Assembly (NCBI GenBank): GCA_044360315.1
Contig: JBIKKO010000001.1
Location: forward strand, 43,377-107,376
From: Oligoflexales bacterium
GTDB lineage: Bacteria > Bdellovibrionota_B > Oligoflexia > Oligoflexales > RGVZ01
Direction of reading: 5' to 3'
DNA length: 64,000 bases
Shown here: piece by piece, positions 57,699-64,000 of the stretch
Numbering within the stretch: position 1 is the stretch's first letter
Layout of the letters: each line of letters begins with the position of its first letter
The notes under the pieces: model-generated
What the model was told of the DNA's origin: nothing
What the model saw: only the letters and a program-made list of their open reading frames with translations
The model's database searches: none
Program-made: the position numbers and the translations under genes

Positions 57699-59604
57699 TT
57701 CGATAAAATTACAGTTCAATCCAAAACCGCGCGTGATCTGCAAATCACGCGTGATCGCTGGAATTCTTAGCGAAATGGAGGCCGCTGAGGCTACAATATT
57801 GATTCGATCGTCAAACACAAATAATAGCATACCTTTCAAAATGAATTGTGATTTTAGACTACCATTTGAAGAATCAACTATCCGCCTCTCTGGAGAGGCG
57901 ATTAAGGCGGGCACCTATCAAGCAACAGTATTGTTTGCAGGCCAGAGAATCCTTTTCGAAATTCATGTAAATGATCAATCAGGCATCTGCCAATTCCCGA
58001 GAAAAATAGATATTATTGATCTTAGACAGAGTAAGCGCAGAACGTTCGGTCCAGAGTCCCAAACCGCCGAGATTTTTTCAAACCATGTGGTAATTTTTGC
58101 CGTGCCGGTTGATCTCAGTCTAAATTCACTTGCGTTAGTGTCAGCTGTCTCGGATCCGCCATTGCGCATTGGGGAGCAAGTAGCTGTAAGAATTCGCGGA
58201 GGAGTCGATTCTAAGGATGTATTTTCCTCAGAAATGGAAGTGAAAGATGTTGATCGTTCTTCCGCAACAACCCGAATACTTCTTGGAATGATCCAACCAA
58301 AATCTCGCGACGTCGAGGCAAACTATAGGAGACTGGAGCGAAAGGCATTAGCCAACATATCCTTACAAATTGTGCCTATGGATCATAGTATTGGCGAACC
58401 GTTGACAGTTCAAGTAAAAGACATTTCACTAACGGGTCTAATGATTGAGTGCGATGATAGTCCAAAAGTAGCCTGGCTGACCCCAGGACTGCACATAAAG
58501 TTAGATACCGGCGTCGTTCACGCAACTGTAATGTGGCGTGATGGACAAAAAGCGGGGTTGAGGCTTGATGCGTTGGATGAATCCAGAACGTTATCAAGCT
58601 GGTTTGATGTTCTTACGCGCCTGATCCCAGCGAACTCAATCCATCACTCTCAGGTGGATGATCTAGTTAATTTGTTCACGGAGTCTGGATTACTCAAGGG
58701 ATCCAGACGAAAGGTTTACGGGACACGACCGGGAAAGTTTCTGCCGCCGGAGACGGTTACTGGAAACCCTCTTTTATATCATCGATTTGCCTCTCATATA
58801 GAGGGCGGCATAATCGCAAGTCAGCTAAGCATGGTTCGTTTAACAGATGAGTTTTGGTGCATCCAAGAAGGAAGTCATAACGGGGAAACTTCAGCGCTTT
58901 CGTATGATGAAATTGCTATAAGAATATTCAAGATTGCTGAAAACCTAGCAAAGGGATCCCTTTTAGCTCCTCGTTTTTTTGGAGGGTTAATACATGGATC
59001 CGTTAAGTCATCTGTAAACATCATGGAAAAAATGCTTCTAAAAACCTCAAATTATAGATACGAGGCGTTTCATTTATCATTGACAGCGCAATCCTTTGTT
59101 CAAGAGCGAAAACTTTCTGATCTTAGACTAGCTGATATAAGAATGATGCCTGCTGAGAAACGAAGACAGGTTGCTAACTCATTTGACGCGACGCTTTTTG
59201 AGATCTTCTCAGGATTAAATGGATCACACCCGAGATTAAATTCAGAACTTAGTAAGCTTGGCCCATCGCATCACGCCAAAACCTTTGCTATTTCTCTGAA
59301 CAATTCTTTTTTGGGACTGGCTTACAGGCTTTCTAGTTATTACACGCTTAGCAGCACGGGCGTTATAAATAGCCTGTTTTTTGTAATTAAAGAAGGAATT
59401 GATCCAGATGTAGTTTACTGTGGTATCAATCAGCTTCAAGAAAGCGGGCTGATGCGCGGTACAGACGATATTGTTTTGATAATGGATAAAACTTCAGAGA
59501 CGATAGGATGTACCAATGATACATGGTCCAAAGAACTCAACTCATCATTTAAAAATTTGAAACCGTTTGCGTTATACGTTATCGATGCGCTGCTAGGTGT
59601 CTAA
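57688..59604 (+). CDS. tandem PilZ-domain protein with an unassigned ~330-aa C-terminal domain
   Basis: PilZ 1 has RQSKRR...DLSLNSL (second motif degenerate). PilZ 2 has RRLER...DISLTGLMI (both motifs canonical). 11-nt overlap with the cyclase gene. Confidence 0.65.
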   Translation: MSHDSIKLQFNPKPRVICKSRVIAGILSEMEAAEATILIRSSNTNNSIPFKMNCDFRLPFEESTIRLSGEAIKAGTYQATVLFAGQRILFEIHVNDQSGICQFPRKIDIIDLRQSKRRTFGPESQTAEIFSNHVVIFAVPVDLSLNSLALVSAVSDPPLRIGEQVAVRIRGGVDSKDVFSSEMEVKDVDRSSATTRILLGMIQPKSRDVEANYRRLERKALANISLQIVPMDHSIGEPLTVQVKDISLTGLMIECDDSPKVAWLTPGLHIKLDTGVVHATVMWRDGQKAGLRLDALDESRTLSSWFDVLTRLIPANSIHHSQVDDLVNLFTESGLLKGSRRKVYGTRPGKFLPPETVTGNPLLYHRFASHIEGGIIASQLSMVRLTDEFWCIQEGSHNGETSALSYDEIAIRIFKIAENLAKGSLLAPRFFGGLIHGSVKSSVNIMEKMLLKTSNYRYEAFHLSLTAQSFVQERKLSDLRLADIRMMPAEKRRQVANSFDATLFEIFSGLNGSHPRLNSELSKLGPSHHAKTFAISLNNSFLGLAYRLSSYYTLSSTGVINSLFFVIKEGIDPDVVYCGINQLQESGLMRGTDDIVLIMDKTSETIGCTNDTWSKELNSSFKNLKPFALYVIDALLGV

Positions 59605-59700
59605 TGGGAGGGTCATAGTCTTCACCTCTGAAAATCTTAAATATATGCTTGATAATTACTAGCACCTCATCCAAAAAGTTTTTCCCTGTCCTGATTTCGG

Positions 59701-60837
59701 ATGATCTGCGCTGATTTGTCTTTTTGCCACAAAGATTGGGCGAATGATGAAAGCGCTGACATTGAATATGAAGAGCCCCGTGTCATCCGACGTGCCGATA
59801 TCCTAAGCTTCTTGCACAACAGAATGAGCTCGGGACTCATTACCAAGGTGTTGCACGTTGACCCGAAGACTGTTCGGAATGTGGCACATGTGCACCTCGA
59901 AGACGGCACGGATGCGGCTCTGTAATAGGACGAAAGATCTGGTCGCCCGATTGATTTTGATGATCATGAACGTTCTCGGATTGTTACTATTGTTTGTAGT
60001 GACCCACCCAAGTGCAGCTATAGTTGGACGCTTGATCTCAATGTAGAAGAGACAAATAAGCGTTGTTTGACGGACGGTACTATAAGTAGGGAATAAGTGT
60101 GTATTATCTTGGAATAGCATGAAGTCAAGCCTTGGCAAGAAAAAATGTAGCGTGTTCCAGAGCTAACTACGGGGTTTATTGATAGAATGGAAGACGTGCT
60201 TGATATTTATTCGGGGCCCTACAACCCTGAATACACTGTTGTTTGCGTAGATGAAAAGCCAGTGCCTCTTGTGGGGGATACAAGGGATCAGGTGCCCATG
60301 AAAGAGGGATCCGTCAGAAAAGTTGACTATGAATACGGAAGAAACTGCTCAGTACACGTATTCGTAGGGGTTGAGCCTAAAATTGGGCGATATTTAAATG
60401 AAGTGACGGAGCAGCGCTGCAGTACTGACTTTGCAATGATTCTGTATACACTTGCAGCTGCGTATTCTGAAGCGAGGAAAATTATTCTAGTCATGGATAA
60501 CCTATCGACGCACAGTAAGATGCCGCTGACAGAGTCCTTGGGAGAGGAACTCGGCACGCAGGTTTGAGAGCGTTTCGAAGTACACCATACGCCCAAGCAT
60601 GACAGATGGCTGAATCACGCTGAAACAGCCATTGGTAGGTATTCGCACCAATGCTTAGGAAGTGGACGGGTCGGCGATATCAAGTACAGCAAGGCTCTGA
60701 CGTCGGCTGGGAACAAGTCGATTAATAAAAAGACCACTAAGATTCATTGGCGATTTACAAAGGCAAAAGCTAGAAAAGGCTTCAGATTTGAAACGACGGT
60801 ATCAGGAAAGGGAAAAAATTTTTGGACGAGGTTCTAG
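59701..60837 (+). pseudogene. IS630-family transposase pseudogene (multiple in-frame stops and frame changes)
   Basis: Reads through as ...DERSGRPIDFDD...YSWTLDL...HEVKPWQEKM..., then MEDVLDIY...VVCVDEKPV...ILVMDNLSTHS...EVHHTPKHDRWLNHAETAIG (DDE triad context). It is interrupted at 59924-59929 (TAATAG), near 60085 and 60115, and at 60565. Confidence 0.8.
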
Positions 60838-60919
60838 TTCCCAACATATTGGTGGCCAGTCTCTTTTAACGTCACTTTGGTTAATTAATAGAATTTAGCT
60901 TTAAAATTCGATAAGATGT

Positions 60920-61726
60920 TTACTTCAAACCAAACATATCGATGGTTAGAACAGATAAATCATCGGCGTTCCCAGGATCATTCGATTGGCGAATCTGCTC
61001 AACAAAATCGATGACTATCTGTTTCAGACGCCTCCGATCATCGGTTGAAAGAGCGACGGGAAGGGTGATAAACCTATCGTTTTCAAGGTTCGTGTTTATA
61101 CGATCAATAGCTTTTAGACGCCAGTTCATATGAAATCGTCTGGCATCGAGAAACTGACTAGACTCTAACGGGACTGGACTTGCGACAATTCGGTCACCAT
61201 CGGCTATGACTAAACCCAACTGCACCAAAGTATCGACCGCTTCGTCGATCACTGCCGTTGGTAGGTGCAGATATCTTGCAAGAGCGCTAACGGACTGATA
61301 CTTAGGTATCTGACACAGCAAACAAACCGCAGGATAAAACCAATTTGAATTCAGGCGCTCCACGTTTGCTTTGTTGCTTGCACTGGGATTATTGGGATTA
61401 TGGGTTGGGCGTTGACTGGCAACGCTGATGAGGCGATCACGCTTACCCAATAGAAATGACTTCAATTTGGACGTGCCGGCTCTCTCAATGTCAACTAAAC
61501 ACATGAAGTATTCTGTTGCCGCGTCATCCATCCCGAGGAATGCGGCCACATCTCTGGCCTGTTCAGGGCTAAAATCCTTCTGACCTTTAAGGATTTGACT
61601 AATAAGGCTTGGATGAACACGCAGGAACTCAGCAATCTTTTTAACACTTCCTCGGCCAAGAGCGGGATCAGACTCGATACGGCTTACCATGTACCTTTTG
61701 TAATCGGTGAATTGATAGATGTTCAT
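60920..61726 (-). CDS. TIGR02147-like HTH protein (DUF4423-type C-terminus)
   Basis: Internal ATG at 61726 gives MNIYQFTDYKRYMVSRIESDP...GSVKKIAEFLRVHPSLISQILKGQKDFSPEQA. I recall this N-terminus for the TIGR02147 paralog family of Bdellovibrio and Fibrobacter. Confidence 0.55.
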   Translation of the reverse strand: MNIYQFTDYKRYMVSRIESDPALGRGSVKKIAEFLRVHPSLISQILKGQKDFSPEQARDVAAFLGMDDAATEYFMCLVDIERAGTSKLKSFLLGKRDRLISVASQRPTHNPNNPSASNKANVERLNSNWFYPAVCLLCQIPKYQSVSALARYLHLPTAVIDEAVDTLVQLGLVIADGDRIVASPVPLESSQFLDARRFHMNWRLKAIDRINTNLENDRFITLPVALSTDDRRRLKQIVIDFVEQIRQSNDPGNADDLSVLTIDMFGLK

Positions 61727-62130
61727 GGAACTGCACTCCCGCATTAACCGTGGACTAGAAATCACACCGCACCGCTACCGAATGCTTTCATGAAGGCTCG
61801 ACTCGTATCTCTTACACGTCACCCCCCTAGGTGTACAAAACAACTCTAGGGTTAGTCATGACATGCGACCCCTTCAAGGGTCATCAAATACGCTTAGGGA
61901 GGAAGTCGTAACTTAGACCAAGTTATTTAGGCCACACTGATTCACTCAATATTCCAGGGCCTTAGGCATAGGATTTAACTCTGGGGATACTAATTTCTAG
62001 CTGGCAAAGCGGTAGGGACATGGCAGTCTAGACCAGGGCCTGCCAAATTGGCGGGTTACTGGATCAGGAGCGCTTTATGAGCAAACGGTCAACTGTCAAC
62101 GGTAAGGGGCTAGGATTAGGACGTCCAAGC

Positions 62131-63480
62131 TTACTGAATCACCCGCCCGACTAAATCATATTCATATGAGTCCGTAATCTCAACCAACTGAATCTGACCA
62201 GCCTTAACGGGACCATCATTTAGATAAACGATCCCATCAACCTCCGGAGCCTGAACACTCATGCGCCCCTGCCAAACGAGGTCACTTTCTTCGCTAGGAC
62301 CAGCAACAAGAACAGGGAGCCGTTTGCCAACAAAGCGTCGTAATTTTTCTCGTGAGATGTCTTTCTGAATTTCCATGATTTCAGCCATTCGCTCTTGCTT
62401 CGTCTGGTCGTCAATTTGGCCATCCATTCGGCCCGCAACTGTACCCTCTTCTTGGCTGTAGGTGAAACAGCCAAGGTGCTCAAACTTCAGATCTTTCACT
62501 AAAGATTTTAGATCGGCAAACTCCTCTTCCGTCTCGCCTGGAAAGCCCACCATGACGGATGTTCGAATGGCAACTGATGGAACCATGGAGCGTAGCTTGG
62601 TGACGGACGCAATAAGGTCTTCGCGGGTCACGTCCCGATTCATTCGCTTCAGCACAGCGTTACTTCCGTGCTGCACAGGAATATCCAAGTATTTGACAAT
62701 TTTCTCTTCCTTAGCGAAAAACTCAAGAAACTCATCACTGATATTTTCCGGATAAACATACAACAACCTAATCCACCTCAAATCCTCTATTTTCACGAGC
62801 GCTCGGAGCAGTTCCATCAAATTCGTGTCACCGGTTTCCCTGCCGTAGGCTGCAAGATCTTGGGCGATTAAATTGACTTCTTGGACTCCCTCATCCACAA
62901 GCTGCATCACCTCCTTGACAACACTGTGAACTGGTCGGCTACGCAGCTTGCCGCGGATTGCAGGAATAATGCAAAAGGCACAATTGTGCTGACAGCCTTC
63001 GGCAACTTTCACGTACGCACTGTGAGCCGACAGCGTGTTAACTCTCGGTATATCTTCGTTGTAGAGATAATTCGTTCGCTTTGCATGAATCTTTGCAAGC
63101 GGTTCATTTGAATCCAAAAGCTCACCAATCCGCGAGAACTCGTCTGTTCCGATAAAAAGATCAACCTCTGGTAAACCCTTCACCAGCTGGGATTTGTAAC
63201 GTTGTGTCAGGCACCCTGCCACGACGAGCTTTAGGCTTGGCTTTGTCTTTTTCAACTCCGCCATGGACAAAATTGTGTCTATACTTTCTTCCTTCGCCGA
63301 CGCAATAAAACCACATGTATTGACAACGACAGCGTCGGCAGATCCTGCATCATTCACCGAAGTCCAGCCCCCGCGCAGCAATGTACCTATCATGACCTCT
63401 GAATCGACGCGGTTACGCGAGCAACCAAGTGAGACGAGATGAATTTTTCGGGTCTTATCAACGAGGGACACCTCTGACAT
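62131..63480 (-). CDS. rimO: ribosomal protein S12 methylthiotransferase (radical SAM MTTase)
   Basis: KIHLVSLGCSRNRVDSEVMIGTL...VVVNTCGFI (RimO-type UPF0004 domain), radical-SAM CQHNCAFCIIP, and a C-terminal TRAM-like domain. Confidence 0.82.
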   Translation of the reverse strand: MSEVSLVDKTRKIHLVSLGCSRNRVDSEVMIGTLLRGGWTSVNDAGSADAVVVNTCGFIASAKEESIDTILSMAELKKTKPSLKLVVAGCLTQRYKSQLVKGLPEVDLFIGTDEFSRIGELLDSNEPLAKIHAKRTNYLYNEDIPRVNTLSAHSAYVKVAEGCQHNCAFCIIPAIRGKLRSRPVHSVVKEVMQLVDEGVQEVNLIAQDLAAYGRETGDTNLMELLRALVKIEDLRWIRLLYVYPENISDEFLEFFAKEEKIVKYLDIPVQHGSNAVLKRMNRDVTREDLIASVTKLRSMVPSVAIRTSVMVGFPGETEEEFADLKSLVKDLKFEHLGCFTYSQEEGTVAGRMDGQIDDQTKQERMAEIMEIQKDISREKLRRFVGKRLPVLVAGPSEESDLVWQGRMSVQAPEVDGIVYLNDGPVKAGQIQLVEITDSYEYDLVGRVIQ

Positions 63481-63734
63481 ACAGCCACTCCATTTCTTAA
63501 AATCAGAACGGTAGTTATCACAGTATTTAATTTATTCAATGATTTTATAGACGCCGCAGAGAATTAAGTTAACACCATGAAATTATTGATTTAATTAAAA
63601 ATCTCTGGAAGCAAAGGCCTAGAATCTTACCCGGGTGAGCTCGCCATGCAAACAGGCCATCATCGGTCAGCCTGATATGATCCAACGGTTTGACGTCATA
63701 TTTGATCCTCAAAACATCGCGCCTTGCGTGTCCG

Positions 63735-64000
63735 CTAGACCATGAGACCAACTTTAGAGATCCAGGTCTGATATAGGCGCGACACATGGGAAAACACACC
63801 ATTTTTACGTAATGTATGCAGGCGATGAGCCCCTATCTGATTGACTGGAACAAGGCCTGCAATACTGGAGCTCGTAAAAGCTTCATCGAAGCGAGGAACT
63901 TCGTCATCTGTTATCACACGCACGGTCACCGGAATCTGTGCATGACCCAGAAGCTCAATGATCCGCCGGCGAGTGATACCCTCAAGGATACCGCTTGAGG
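63735..64000 (-). CDS. class IV (D-amino acid/branched-chain/ADC-lyase type) aminotransferase, C-terminal part only (N-terminus beyond the window end)
   Basis: My translation of the minus strand reads SGILEGITRRRIIELLGHAQIPVTVRVITDDEVPRFDEAFTSSSIAGLVPVNQI. This is the GILxGITR...E.F.tss...v.PV pattern of fold-type IV enzymes. Confidence 0.7.
   Translation of the reverse strand, partial: SSGILEGITRRRIIELLGHAQIPVTVRVITDDEVPRFDEAFTSSSIAGLVPVNQIGAHRLHTLRKNGVFSHVSRLYQTWISKVGLMV

Noticed and set aside
63569-63802. 77-aa minus-strand ORF between the aminotransferase stop and rimO, tested as a possible frameshifted continuation of the aminotransferase.
   Set aside because: The aminotransferase translation already reaches a normal family C-terminus at 63735. 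The extra ORF has no class IV motifs and overlaps that C-terminus out of frame.

Overview
This is a 64-kb chromosomal window from a Gram-negative bacterium. The gene content (a TIGR02147-like HTH protein, several PilZ proteins, many predicted beta-barrel proteins and lipoproteins) suggests a Bdellovibrionota/Oligoflexia-like lineage, but that is inference only. All calls come from reading the translations; no BLAST or HMM search was possible. Layout: (1) 1-1.76 kb holds partial aroB, a CheY-like receiver and tRNA-Asn(GTT). (2) 1.8-14 kb, next to the tRNA, is an accessory island. It holds decayed mobile-element debris: an ISL3 remnant, vapBC, a 5'-truncated resolvase and three large-serine-recombinase fragments. 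Two 216-bp direct repeats bracket a ~10-kb segment containing a CreBC-like two-component system. An exact cre-tag lies in the divergent promoter between creB and a four-gene operon: an exosortase (EpsH-EpsI fusion), a 920-aa polytopic VIT-vWA protein ending in a PEP-CTERM-like tail, a DUF4184 protein and a small anchored protein. (3) 14-19 kb encodes envelope proteins and a PadR pair. (4) 19-47.7 kb is ordinary, tightly packed housekeeping: gltX, pabA-like, murG, truA, asd, pssA, tsaB, rseP, cdsA, uppS, rsmI, prmC, prfA, rho. (5) 47.9-59.6 kb is a second accessory block that ends at an IS630 pseudogene. It has a five-gene minus-strand operon (pseudo-receiver-PilZ, pilin-like, usher-like, two-domain tip-like, chaperone-like) plus a convergent third pilin-like paralog. 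I read this as a very divergent chaperone-usher-type fibre system. Divergent from it is a three-gene operon: GCS2-type ligase, 7TM-GAF-class III cyclase with atypical catalytic residues, and a tandem-PilZ protein with an unknown C-terminal domain. (6) 60.9-64 kb holds the TIGR02147-like gene, rimO and a partial class IV aminotransferase. No rRNA genes, CRISPR arrays or recognisable phage or defence genes were seen. The best candidates for undescribed biology are the single-target exosortase/VIT-vWA module and the fibre plus cyclase/PilZ block.
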